Shown piece after piece: positions 54,780-64,000 of a stretch of 64,000 nt of DNA (position 1 is its first letter; every line of letters starts with the position of its first letter). The stretch covers positions 1-64,000 of the forward strand of contig CAYYQL010000006.1 of assembly GCA_964473825.1 (NCBI GenBank), given 5' to 3'. The stretch is from an uncultured archaeon (GTDB taxonomy: Archaea; Asgardarchaeota; Thorarchaeia; Thorarchaeales; Thorarchaeaceae). The notes below the pieces were generated by a model. The model searched no databases and was not told where the DNA came from. It saw only the letters and a program-made list of their open reading frames with translations. A program made the translations under genes and the position numbers.

Positions 54780-57470
54780 GTGGTTCTGATGCCGAGTGAT
54801 GAATTATCGGACTCGGAGATGTCTGATCTCAAGTCGCGCTTGAAGGCCCTTGGCAACCGTTATGCCCTACAGAGCCTTGAGGTCCTCAGTCCAAAAACGG
54901 GCGAGATCATCCCAGAACTTGGTTGGGATGAGATTGTGGAAGGGATTCTGGCTCTTGAAGGATATGACAAACCAGAGAGGCAAGAGAGGAGAGAACGGAC
55001 GCACGAGCAGGTCATCTATGAAGAAGAGAAGGGGAGGTTGGCATCAGGAGGTACCCTCTATGAGAGCATGAATAAGCTGGTCAAGATAGGATTTGTCCAG
55101 GCCAGGGGAGAGAGGGGCAGAAAGAATAGACGTTTCAGGATAACTCATGATGGGCGACTCGCACTCTCAGCCATAAAGACGATGCAGGGCCTAATCGGAG
55201 GAGATACCGAAGTCAGTAAGACCGCAAGAGTTCTCCTTCGACACAAGAACTTTGTGAGCCTGCTTCCAGGACAGGAGAAGTTCCTCCGAGAGATTGACAA
55301 AGTTGAGAAGAATTTAGTAATCCAGATGCCACCTGGTTCGGGCAAGACCTTCCTGGCGATGATTATGATCGTCATCCATCTCCAAGCGGGAGAGAAGTGC
55401 ATCTATCTCACACCCTATACATCATTGAACAGACAGATTATTGACGAGTACGGTGAGCTGTTTGAGCAACTGGACTATTCTGTGGTGAAGTATGATGCGC
55501 AGTCCCGAGTCACGGAACGTGACCTAGAAGAGGCAGACCTCGTGGTGGGCATCTACGAGTCAGTCCTCTTTTCTCTGATGCATCAGAGGGATTGGACGCG
55601 AAGGATTGGGCTGGCAGTCATTGATGAATTGACTGAACTCGATTCTCTCACAAAACGTGTGCAGCCACAGAATCTTGGGACTGATAGGAGTTCTCGGCTG
55701 GATTTCCTGATTACTCTGTTGAAAGAGAAGGCACAAATCATCACGCTCTCGTCACGATTCGGGGAAACGGAGGAGGTCCTTGCATGGCTGAATGCAGATA
55801 TCTTCCGCCCGACCTTTAGACTGCAGCCAGATGAGTTCCTTGTGACACAGGGACAAGATGGTGCAATCATTGTAAGCAGTGACGGAGTACAGAGATGCAG
55901 ATGTAACGAGAAGAATCTGATAGATGCAGTGCATGAACATATAGACGATTACAAGACGAAGTCCATGCTATTCGTGGTTGGAACCCGACTGGGAGCGGAA
56001 GAACTCGCCAAGTGGTTGGCGAAGTCCCATCCCAGAGAAACATACAAGGGGGTCATCGAGAGGGTAGTAGGTCCCGCAGAGCGGACTTCACTAACTTCTT
56101 CTCTGTCTGAAACCTTAGAAAAGGGGATTGCATTCCACCATGCCGGGCTGCAGATCTCTCTCCGAGGGCGACTAGAGCAAGAAATCAAGAATGGCAGAAT
56201 CAAGTGTGTAGTTTCGACCACGGGAATAACTGCGGGAACCAGTTTTCCTTTCGACTCTGTAGTACTGGTCTTTGATGGTTCGCTTGAATTCCTCAGAACG
56301 CGCTCAAGATACCTACAAGTTTCCGGGCGAATAGGAGAATACCATCTTCATCGTCATGGAGGCAGTGTTTACTTGGTCTTTCTCCAACCCTCTCGGAGGT
56401 TCAGAACGGTTGATGACTTGCGTGACAGGCTTCTTCACTCACAGCTTGGACCTCTTACTCCAAATGCAGTAGATCCAATCTCCTTTACAGACCTCGTATC
56501 AAGAGAGATGTCGGAAAGCACCAGATTCAAACCTGACAGCCTGAAAGAGAGGGTGCTGAGACTCCTCAGAGGAAGTTTCAACGCCTTCATAGATGACGAC
56601 TATATCAACAAGTCTGAAAGAGATGTGGAAGCTCTGATCAAGTGGATGAAAGGCAGACGGTTGGTTGAGTCAACTGGTCAGTTCCTGAAACCAGCCACAG
56701 AAACAAGAGCCGCAATTCAGGCAGGACTCAGCATAATCGATTATGAACGAGTCCGAAGCACCCTTGCTTCACTCGATGAAACGGCTGAGCAGGAAGCCCT
56801 CATAGACATACTTCTGGAATTCAGACTTGTACAGTCAGCAAGACCTCGAACTGTAATGCCATCAGAGATCGAACTCTACTTGGCAGAACTAGCGAAGCCA
56901 GAGGGGTGGCTCCTAGAATTGACCGATGGTCGAAGGACTGTGAAGAGGCAGGCTCTCTTAGATTGGATATCGGAGATGACCATGGCAGAAGTGATAGGCC
57001 ATGCAGAACAAACAGCAGAGAACCTTAAGGTGGGCGACAGACCAGTTTGGGGATCCAGCTTGGACGATGGGGACTTGGTCAGCCTTGTGAACTGGTCCAG
57101 TGCCATTGCATTTACGATATCAGACTATCTTGGTAGAACTGGTGCAGACACGCTGTCCCAACGTTTCGAAACTCTAGGAAACCAGCTGAAGTACGGAGTG
57201 AAGCAGGACTTGGCCGAATCGGACTTGTTGAGGCTGGGGTTAAGAGATGATACAGGAGCATTATCGAGATCGGTTTCCCGTGCCGAGGCACGGACACTCT
57301 ATGAACATGGATACCATTCGATTGAGCAAGTGGTGAAGAAAGATGTGGATGCCTCAAAAGAGGGCTTGGCTAGAGAGCGCTTTGCGGCAAAATCTGGGCT
57401 GGACAAAGGTCTAGCATTGCGCATCTACAAATCCGCTCTAAGAGTAGTCCGACAAAGGCTTTCGGAGTAG
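54780..57470 (+). CDS. Ski2/Hel308-like SF2 helicase with N-terminal winged helix
   Basis: PPGSGKT, IDELT, AFHHAGL, QVSGRIG, ARTLYEHGY; N-terminal GTLYESMNKLVKIGFV...FRITHDG. Confidence 0.85.
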   Translation: MVLMPSDELSDSEMSDLKSRLKALGNRYALQSLEVLSPKTGEIIPELGWDEIVEGILALEGYDKPERQERRERTHEQVIYEEEKGRLASGGTLYESMNKLVKIGFVQARGERGRKNRRFRITHDGRLALSAIKTMQGLIGGDTEVSKTARVLLRHKNFVSLLPGQEKFLREIDKVEKNLVIQMPPGSGKTFLAMIMIVIHLQAGEKCIYLTPYTSLNRQIIDEYGELFEQLDYSVVKYDAQSRVTERDLEEADLVVGIYESVLFSLMHQRDWTRRIGLAVIDELTELDSLTKRVQPQNLGTDRSSRLDFLITLLKEKAQIITLSSRFGETEEVLAWLNADIFRPTFRLQPDEFLVTQGQDGAIIVSSDGVQRCRCNEKNLIDAVHEHIDDYKTKSMLFVVGTRLGAEELAKWLAKSHPRETYKGVIERVVGPAERTSLTSSLSETLEKGIAFHHAGLQISLRGRLEQEIKNGRIKCVVSTTGITAGTSFPFDSVVLVFDGSLEFLRTRSRYLQVSGRIGEYHLHRHGGSVYLVFLQPSRRFRTVDDLRDRLLHSQLGPLTPNAVDPISFTDLVSREMSESTRFKPDSLKERVLRLLRGSFNAFIDDDYINKSERDVEALIKWMKGRRLVESTGQFLKPATETRAAIQAGLSIIDYERVRSTLASLDETAEQEALIDILLEFRLVQSARPRTVMPSEIELYLAELAKPEGWLLELTDGRRTVKRQALLDWISEMTMAEVIGHAEQTAENLKVGDRPVWGSSLDDGDLVSLVNWSSAIAFTISDYLGRTGADTLSQRFETLGNQLKYGVKQDLAESDLLRLGLRDDTGALSRSVSRAEARTLYEHGYHSIEQVVKKDVDASKEGLARERFAAKSGLDKGLALRIYKSALRVVRQRLSE

Positions 57471-57474
57471 GCAT

Positions 57475-57981
57475 TCATTCTTTACCGAATTCCCAGAGCT
57501 CGTCACCCACATGGTGCTTCGAAAGGATGGCTTTTCCTTTCTTTGAGGAACGGATTTCGTCGGCATCCATCGTGGCAATACCTACGGCAAGAGGTTTGCT
57601 ATGGCGTTCATCAACAATGGACACCAATGCCCCCTTCTGCACCTCGTCGTCAACCGCGGTGATGCCTGGTCGCATGATGTCCGCACCGTTTGCGACGAAT
57701 CGTATAGCACCCATATCCACAGTGACTTCAGGTAACGAAACAAAATCATCCAGAAGCGCCCGAAGAGACGGAATCATCTTGCCCTCGGATTCGAAGAAGA
57801 GGATCTCTCCCTCATATAGAATGACGCGGCTCCCATCATCCGTGATCGCCTCCTCAAGCCTGCTGCCTTCTGGGAGGGTAATCTCTGTGCCCAGCTCGCT
57901 CTCGAAGGATGCAACCATCTGACCTTGGTCGCGCTCTTTCATGAGGTGTCGTTTCTTTATGCGTTCAATACGTGGCATCAT
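57475..57981 (-). CDS. PUA-domain RNA-binding protein (MCT-1/Tma20-like)
   Basis: VTVDMGAIRFVANGADIMRPGI, HHVGDELW. Confidence 0.92.
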   Translation of the reverse strand: MMPRIERIKKRHLMKERDQGQMVASFESELGTEITLPEGSRLEEAITDDGSRVILYEGEILFFESEGKMIPSLRALLDDFVSLPEVTVDMGAIRFVANGADIMRPGITAVDDEVQKGALVSIVDERHSKPLAVGIATMDADEIRSSKKGKAILSKHHVGDELWEFGKE

Positions 57982-58141
57982 GAAATCGACCCCCGTCCAC
58001 CTTTTGAAAGCTCCGCAAGAGGATCAGTAAATGAGAAATCTCCACTTACTCATCGTCATCTTTAAAAGCCGAGTCCAGAGCTTTGCGCCAGCGTCGGGAG
58101 CTCAAAGGCTATACGACGAGGGTTCTGTACTGGTGATATCA

Positions 58142-58399
58142 GTGAACGCAGGTAGACCGATGGATTTGCTTCAGAAGTCGATTGGCGCGCAGGTGCTTGT
58201 CGAACTGAAGGGTAAGAAGAAACTGAGAGGGAAACTGCGGGGATATGACCAACATCTGAACCTGATCCTCGAGGATGCTGATGAGATATCCTTTGACGAC
58301 GAAGCAGGACAAGAGATAATCGAGGTCATCAAGACCGTGATTGTCAGAGGCGATAATGTCGTGCTGGTATCGCCACCCCCAAAATCAGCTAGGGAGTAG
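58142..58399 (+). CDS. Sm-like archaeal protein (LSm/SmAP1)
   Basis: RPMDLL...[17 protein letters not shown]...[12 protein letters not shown]; likely GTG start 58142. Confidence 0.95.
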   Translation: MNAGRPMDLLQKSIGAQVLVELKGKKKLRGKLRGYDQHLNLILEDADEISFDDEAGQEIIEVIKTVIVRGDNVVLVSPPPKSARE

Positions 58400-58406
58400 A
58401 ACAATA

Positions 58407-58595
58407 ATGGGAAAGGGAACTCCGTCAAAAGGCAAGAAGAACAATCCTCACCATATCAGATGCAGGCGATGTGGTAGAAGATCATATCATGTGAGAAATA
58501 AGCGATGTGCTGCCTGTGGATTCGGAGTCTCCAGCAAGATTCGGAGCTACAGCTGGGCTCATAAGAAGGTCAACGGGACACGAATTCGCGGTTAG
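58407..58595 (+). CDS. rpl37e: Ribosomal protein eL37
   Basis: [10 protein letters not shown]...CRRCG...CAACGFG. Confidence 0.96.
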   Translation: MGKGTPSKGKKNNPHHIRCRRCGRRSYHVRNKRCAACGFGVSSKIRSYSWAHKKVNGTRIRG

Positions 58596-58646
58596 ATTTC
58601 ATCCCTCATTGTCATTACTTCATTTTATATTATCCAAGCGAATACA

Positions 58647-59021
58647 ATGAGTATGAGCTCTCAGAAACTGGTCTTTGTATACAATGCTGACAGTGGCATC
58701 ACGAACGTGATGAAGGACTTCTTTCACAGATTTGTATCACCTGCAACGTATCCATGTAATCTGTGCGCAGTCACCTATGGCAACTTCGGAATGAAGGGCT
58801 CGTGGAAATCGTTTGTGGAGAGTCTTGAGGTGCCAGTGGCGTTCCTGCACAAGGATGAGTTTAGCGAAGAATACGCGATTCAGAGCGCAGAACTTCCGTC
58901 AGCATTCATCGAAGAAGAGGGGAAGCTGGAATACTTCATCACAGCGGAGGAGATGAACGCCGTCGTGTCAGTGGATGAGCTCAAGACTCTAGTCAGACGA
59001 AAGCTGGATGAGCAATTCTAA
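58647..59021 (+). CDS. Conserved hypothetical protein
   Basis: FVYNADSG...CNLCAVTYG...FLHKDEF. Confidence 0.7.
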   Translation: MSMSSQKLVFVYNADSGITNVMKDFFHRFVSPATYPCNLCAVTYGNFGMKGSWKSFVESLEVPVAFLHKDEFSEEYAIQSAELPSAFIEEEGKLEYFITAEEMNAVVSVDELKTLVRRKLDEQF

Positions 59022-59083
59022 GGATTGGTCATAAGTCGAAAATTTATTGGGTTCTTTAAGCGCCATCACAATCAGACTATGAT

Positions 59084-60940
59084 TTGAGAATGTCTGAAGA
59101 TGGGAAAAGATTCCTATATGGCATTGAGATAGCTGACATCCGACGAACCAGTTTTGAGCAGCTTACCGACCCGATTCAAGGGAAATCGCCAAGAGAATCT
59201 AGGTTTCTGCATAGATATGCGGATTCACTAGAAATAAGGAATAACCCAGCAGTTGATTCGAATCGCCTGGGTGAGAAGCCGATAAGTGACCTCTCGAGAG
59301 AGATGGGGGACTGGTTCTCCAAGGAATCAGGTGATAGACACAGTCTGCATTCCAAACTCGCTTTGAAGAATAGAATTCGGGATACACAGGAAATTCAGAA
59401 TCGGAGGAACGAAGCAGACAGAGAGGAAAGTCTGGAAGGCGACGGATTTCGAGTCGCCGTCAAACGAGGTGGCTCTATTCGGGATATCGAGAAACTCGCA
59501 GGCATTATATGCGGCGAAACTGAGAGAGATGGTAGGCGGGTTTCTTTCTACGAACTCAATCTTGACGGTCTAGACGATGAGAGTCTACGCAGATTCAAAC
59601 AAGCAGCTGATGATAACAAAAGAGTTCTTGAAGCGAATCTCAGAGAACGGATTCGGTTGAAGGGTCGCTATGAAGAACTCAGGGTTGGTCTAGCCGGTCT
59701 TCGTGTGTATGTCTGGAAGATCAATCGAACGCCAGACGATATGCTCAACGTCTGGGGCGACCGATATTTCTACTTCAAAAAAGGCGAATATGCCACGATC
59801 ATCGATAGGCTAAGCTCAGAATTGCAGCTACCGGAGGAGAAGTCGGAGAGAGCTAAGCATCTCAACGAGCTTATTCGAAACATGATTTCAGAGGATGCCA
59901 CAAGCAAGATTCTGCATCGAAAGGCCAGACCGCGTCTAATCGGAGATTTCCTCCACTTTATTCGTGACACAATAGGTGTGGACAATGCCTACTTCGAGGG
60001 GAAGATGACCAAGGTGACTTCACGATTCAATAGAGGTGCGATAGATAATCCCAAGCTCCCTACTGGACAAACACTTGAGATACTACGCGCAAAACTTGGA
60101 GCGGTTGTCAATAGTGATTGTTGGATCGGCGGAAACGGAATAATGTGGTACTATGAAGGCAATGTTGATCGCATAAGAATCGTGGAGAAGCTGTTTCAGC
60201 AACTTGGTGACATCAAGATGAAGATGGCAGAGGCGGAAAACAACACAAGCTACAGAATGCTTATGCCGCGCCACATCGGGAGAGCATTCATCTATTGGGG
60301 GTTTACAACCGATGACAAATCGATACGAAACCAGAGGCTAGTTGAGAGCATTCGAGAAGGCGCCCGTGAGGTGTGGAGTCACTATCTCAGAGAACTAATA
60401 CCGGAAGATGGATCGTTCAATAACATGAGCGGTTTTCAATGGAGCCGCTCGATTGTATTGAATCCCGGCCGGCAGGATGAAAAATACGGCGTGGCTCCCA
60501 AATTGAATGCTAGTCAGGTTTCATTCATCAAGGAGAATGGACGTCATGACAAGAAGAGAGGATATATTCACCTCCAGCTTACTGACTACCTCAAGGCCGA
60601 AGAAGAATCAAAGACTGAAGTCGTCAAGAGCTTCAAAGAGGTAGTTTCAGAGAACAGATGCAAGGTGTTAGACGATGAGGCAGGTCTTGCAGAGAATCTA
60701 GGGATAGGGGTGAGAATCTATCCAGAATGCATAACGCTATACGAAGGAACCGGAAGGGTTTCAATCAAATGGGTCGCTACTACGCAGGACGCGGAGAATA
60801 CCATCAGATGGTGTCTCATCGCGATGCCAGATGACATCCGAAAACGTGGGCTTGTGCAAGACTGGCTGGCTGAAAGGCCGGACGATGTTGAGAGAGTCAG
60901 AAGACAACTCGAACATCGTGGGCTTCTGGAGAAGGAATGA
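59084..60940 (+). CDS. Hypothetical protein with LAGLIDADG-like endonuclease domain
   Basis: KLGAVVNSDCWI and YLRELIPEDGSF about 100 aa apart; no intein terminal motifs seen. Confidence 0.6.
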   Translation: MRMSEDGKRFLYGIEIADIRRTSFEQLTDPIQGKSPRESRFLHRYADSLEIRNNPAVDSNRLGEKPISDLSREMGDWFSKESGDRHSLHSKLALKNRIRDTQEIQNRRNEADREESLEGDGFRVAVKRGGSIRDIEKLAGIICGETERDGRRVSFYELNLDGLDDESLRRFKQAADDNKRVLEANLRERIRLKGRYEELRVGLAGLRVYVWKINRTPDDMLNVWGDRYFYFKKGEYATIIDRLSSELQLPEEKSERAKHLNELIRNMISEDATSKILHRKARPRLIGDFLHFIRDTIGVDNAYFEGKMTKVTSRFNRGAIDNPKLPTGQTLEILRAKLGAVVNSDCWIGGNGIMWYYEGNVDRIRIVEKLFQQLGDIKMKMAEAENNTSYRMLMPRHIGRAFIYWGFTTDDKSIRNQRLVESIREGAREVWSHYLRELIPEDGSFNNMSGFQWSRSIVLNPGRQDEKYGVAPKLNASQVSFIKENGRHDKKRGYIHLQLTDYLKAEEESKTEVVKSFKEVVSENRCKVLDDEAGLAENLGIGVRIYPECITLYEGTGRVSIKWVATTQDAENTIRWCLIAMPDDIRKRGLVQDWLAERPDDVERVRRQLEHRGLLEKE

Positions 60941-60941
60941 A

Positions 60942-61078
60942 TGGTGGACCGGACGTGATTTGAACACGTGACCTCTTCCAGTTTGGAAGTCAGGCTAGTC
61001 CTTGACAGCTGCCAAGGAAGCGATCTATATCCCTGTGGCCTCAAGAATGAGGCTACAACCGGGCTAATCTACCGGCCC
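60942..61078 (-). tRNA. tRNA-Ala(GGC) with two introns (D-loop 61028-61058; canonical 60981-61009)
   Basis: GGGCCGG/CCGGTCC acceptor with G3:U70, CTTCC-TTGGCA^T-GGAAG, ACGTG-TTCAAAT-CACGT, CCA; removing 31 + 29 nt gives a 77-nt cloverleaf. Confidence 0.9.
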
Positions 61079-61822
61079 ACGTGTTGATTTCGAGTTCGTG
61101 AACAGATGGTTAAAAGAATTGTGGAGTGTATTGTGAGGGAATCAACGAATGCTCAGCTGCATTTCGCATAGTTCTCAACTGGGGCCACAACAGGTTTGTC
61201 ATCTGATTTGAACTTCATCTCTATTGGAGGACCAAGGGGGAGAGAAGCCGATCCGATTCTGACAACTGAAGCCGAGTGACAAGTACTGCAACCTGTGAAA
61301 GGAAGTGGTACAGTGCCAATCCCTCGTAATCATCTGGAGTGATCTCAGTCAAGTAGAGCAGCCTGTACCGATGGTCACAGGCTCTGACCAAGAATCGGTT
61401 TCTTTCGAATCTATAGACCCAGGCAAGAGTGACCTCGTCCTATTGGACATATGGAGGGTCGAAGAAGCAGGCGGGAATGATTCGTCCATTCTTGATTATG
61501 CTTCTAACTGACTCTTTGACTGGCTCTGTATTGGTCCATGCGGCCCTGAAAGCAAAGATGAATGCTGAGAGGTTCCCATCGCTATGATTTCTGAGATAGA
61601 AGAGAAGGGAAATCACTCTGCGTGTGATGTAATGGTGGCCTGGGTGATCCGGCGGATTCTTCGGAATCAGGCTGAACAAGTCAGATGCCGTGTCACTATC
61701 TCCATGGTAGATGCAAACTGTTTCAGGAAAATCATGATGGAAGCAACGGCGTAGATTCCATCCCATTCATCATCCACGCTAGAACAACGTATTGAAAAAG
61801 CCTGAAGGTGCGGAGAGATACT

Positions 61823-62395
61823 ATGAGCCACGAGTCGGACATCTTCACGACACCTGTTCAGAGGATTCCTCTAAGATACCTACCGGAGGAGGGGCTAGTT
61901 CTAGACATCGGCGGAGGCGGTGAGGGTTTAGTTTCAAGGCTGGAGGGAGAACGGGTCTGCGCGGTGGACATTCTTTTGAACAAAATCAGGGAGGTCCGAA
62001 TCTACGGTGTCAGGTCCCAGTGGATACAGGGCGACGCACGGAACCTGGGAATCAGAGATAGAACCTTCGATATCGTGGCCTGTTGGTTCTCGTTGGGCTA
62101 CCTGTCTGAAGTAGATGCTAAGAGGCAAGTGCTTGTGGAGGGCCATCGCGTGCTCAGGACGGAGGGACTGTTATCGATTATTGGCATGAGCATACCGGGG
62201 GATGTGGTCAAGCATGTATTTGATGCTGAGTTTATCTTTCCAGACGGCTATATCTCAAAGATGAGTTATGCGGTATCAGGAACTCAATACCAAACGATGG
62301 AGTCACTCATCGCTCTAGGGCAAGAGATAGGATTCACTCTTCAGTGTGCATTGGACCATGAACACTGGTTCGAAATCACTATGAGGAAAACATGA
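61823..62395 (+). CDS. Class I SAM-dependent methyltransferase
   Basis: VLDIGGGGEG, QGDAR, FDIV, RVLRTEG. Confidence 0.85.
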   Translation: MSHESDIFTTPVQRIPLRYLPEEGLVLDIGGGGEGLVSRLEGERVCAVDILLNKIREVRIYGVRSQWIQGDARNLGIRDRTFDIVACWFSLGYLSEVDAKRQVLVEGHRVLRTEGLLSIIGMSIPGDVVKHVFDAEFIFPDGYISKMSYAVSGTQYQTMESLIALGQEIGFTLQCALDHEHWFEITMRKT

Positions 62396-62459
62396 GTTTC
62401 TATGTTCCAAAAGCTTAAAGTGCGGACCAAAAACCTAGCGGGTAGACTGACGATTCAAG

Positions 62460-62987
62460 TTGAGTATTATGAGCCTTGCAGTTTGGTGGAGACGCGGTAG
62501 CAAGCCAGGACTGATTATCATGTTCCTAGGAATTGCTGGATTTGTGCAGGTTCCCGTGCTGTGGCATGCACAGACCTACGTGAAAGTTCTGAGTGCAGAG
62601 TTGCAGCTTATCGTTGCACTTGGTGCCATGGTTGTGCTTGGCGGTGCCTTCGTCATCATGGCTGAAGCGATGTACCGGTGGTCGCATATCGTTTCCAAGC
62701 GCAAGGTCAGAAGAAGGCAGAGGTCTCAAGCAGGATTCATCACCAGACTCTCAGAAGCAGTCAGGTCCTATACGGACTTGCCGGCATTCGTCGGCCTTGC
62801 CCTCTTGAGCTGCGTGTTCCTGATGCTCTACTTCGTTCCCTTTGGAATTGCAGACTTCACACAGCAACCATCATGGTTCGCCCCATTAGTGTTCGTGGAT
62901 TCGCTCTATGTATACCCACTTGCCGTGAACATCTCAGCCATCCTCAGCGCACTTGTTGCAAGTTACATGAATCACAAGATCAAGTAG
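62460..62987 (+). CDS. Membrane protein of unknown function
   Basis: Four TM helices with a basic loop. Confidence 0.7.
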   Translation: MSIMSLAVWWRRGSKPGLIIMFLGIAGFVQVPVLWHAQTYVKVLSAELQLIVALGAMVVLGGAFVIMAEAMYRWSHIVSKRKVRRRQRSQAGFITRLSEAVRSYTDLPAFVGLALLSCVFLMLYFVPFGIADFTQQPSWFAPLVFVDSLYVYPLAVNISAILSALVASYMNHKIK

Positions 62988-63070
62988 ATTCTCTCTTCTG
63001 ATTCTGCAGAGGGCGCTCCAAACAAAATGTTTAAGACACATAAGCGTTAACTATAGTTCATGTGATGTAG

Positions 63071-63547
63071 ATGAGCGACGGTCTAGAAATAGGAACAGAA
63101 GCACCAGACTTTACGCTCTTGGAGGCGCCTGGTGAATCAGTGACCCTGAGTGATGAACTCAAGAAGGGGCCTGTGGTACTTGCATTCTATCCAGCAGATT
63201 TCTCCTCAACCTGCCAAGAAGAACTCTGTAGACTCAGAGATGCACTTGCGGACTTCAACGAGCTCGGAGCAAATGTCCTAGGAGTGTCAGTGGACGGCAT
63301 CTTCAGCCATATAGCCTTCAAGAAAGCAAACGATATACAATTCCCGTTATTGTCAGACTGGGAGAAGGAAACCATCCACAAGTATGATGTGGTCTATCCA
63401 GACTTGGCAGGAATGAAAGATGTAGCGAAGCGATCCGTATTCGTCATCGATACGGACGGTACTGTTTTCTACAAGTGGGTAAGCGACGATCCGAGCAAAC
63501 TGCCACCCATTGATGAAATCGAAGAGGCAGTACGCGACCTACAGTAG
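63071..63547 (+). CDS. Peroxiredoxin (AhpC/TSA, BCP-like)
   Basis: APDFTL, FYPADFSSTCQEELC, FPLLSD, RSVFVID. Confidence 0.92.
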   Translation: MSDGLEIGTEAPDFTLLEAPGESVTLSDELKKGPVVLAFYPADFSSTCQEELCRLRDALADFNELGANVLGVSVDGIFSHIAFKKANDIQFPLLSDWEKETIHKYDVVYPDLAGMKDVAKRSVFVIDTDGTVFYKWVSDDPSKLPPIDEIEEAVRDLQ

Positions 63548-63621
63548 GTAGGTAATGTCCACTACCTCTATATCAGACTTAGAGCCGAAACGGGGATGCG
63601 GCCTCTCTCAGGCTCAGATTT

Positions 63622-63708
63622 GCCGTGATAGATTAGCCCGGGAGATCGCGCGGCTGAAGACTGCGTTATCGAGTGTTCAAATCGACCAGGATTTTCCCCC
63701 CTATCGTG
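63622..63708 (+). pseudogene. Truncated duplicate of tRNA-Phe (5' exon plus most of the intron)
   Basis: Three differences from 63801-63860 over the 60-nt exon; no 3' exon or CCA. Confidence 0.75.
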
Positions 63709-63800
63709 GATAGATATCGTCCTGGTTTTGCATCAATGCCGAGAATGGTTGTGTTGACTACGCTATCTTTATATTTCGACAACCTCGGTAGTAGTTCTGA

Positions 63801-63906
63801 GCCGAGATAGATTAGCCCGGGAGATCGCGCGGCTGAAGACCGCGTTGTCGAGTGTTCAAATCGACCGGGGAATCCCCCCATCGTGAAACTCACTCTCTCG
63901 GCACCA
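63801..63906 (+). tRNA. tRNA-Phe(GAA) with 29-nt T-loop intron (63861-63889)
   Basis: GCCGAGA/TCTCGGC, CGCGG-CTGAAGA-CCGCG, GAGTG-TTCAAA^T-CACTC, CCA; BHB present; TTTATAT box at 63768. Confidence 0.92.
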
Positions 63907-64000
63907 CCTCCCTTTTCCTCGATACCGGGCCGAGGAGCATCTATCGAAGCTAGTTTCCGACCAAATGTCAACGACATATCCCTAGATGCTACCATGGCTC

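Noticed and set aside
59084-60940. Intein or transposase
   Set aside because: No N-terminal Cys/Ser block or C-terminal His-Asn, no DDE or tyrosine-recombinase motif, and no terminal repeats seen.
61220-61766. 108-aa minus ORF whose frame stays open about 70 codons past a TAG
   Set aside because: No recognisable motifs; a decayed gene cannot be told from chance without a search.
63600-63681. Permuted tRNA-Phe (upstream CTCTCTCAGGC as a 3' half)
   Set aside because: It only loosely resembles CACTCTCACGGC, and the required TGAA-AC^T BHB leader is absent.
63666-63995. 109-aa minus ORF (also 60718-61044)
   Set aside because: Overlaps tRNA genes; spurious.

Overview
Archaeal chromosomal segment, most likely Asgard (Thorarchaeia-like); this is inferred from two Asgard-type profilins, eL38, SepF and BHB-intron tRNAs. 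Housekeeping clusters: sucCD; eL40-tRNA-Val-eL38; alba, truD, pth2; GGR-pus10-eL21-rpoF-DUF655-ksgA-hemK-FKBP; psmB-aCPSF1; LSm-eL37; Nop2/Sun-Nip7. There is also a 13-kb minus-strand MoxR/vWA(DUF58)/DUF4350 operon led by a 2269-aa surface protein with an apparently inactive transglutaminase core and about 15 Ig-like repeats. Two aberrant Ski2/Hel308 helicase paralogues and a free-standing LAGLIDADG-like ORF abutting a tRNA are present. Three intact tRNAs were read by hand: Val-CAC, Ala-GGC with two introns, and Phe-GAA with a T-loop intron. A truncated second tRNA-Phe copy lies next to the intact one. The most novel signal is absent from the ORF track: a tightly packed minus-strand array at 11394-11824 of three to four 30-40-aa peptides. 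Three of them share a C-terminal (E/Q)A(V/L)(A/G)Y(A/S)(Y/F)xYR(R) motif. The array has Shine-Dalgarno sites, a TATA promoter and palindromic operator-like sites, and it faces a divergent wHTH regulator. All calls come from manual reading of motifs; no database searches were run.
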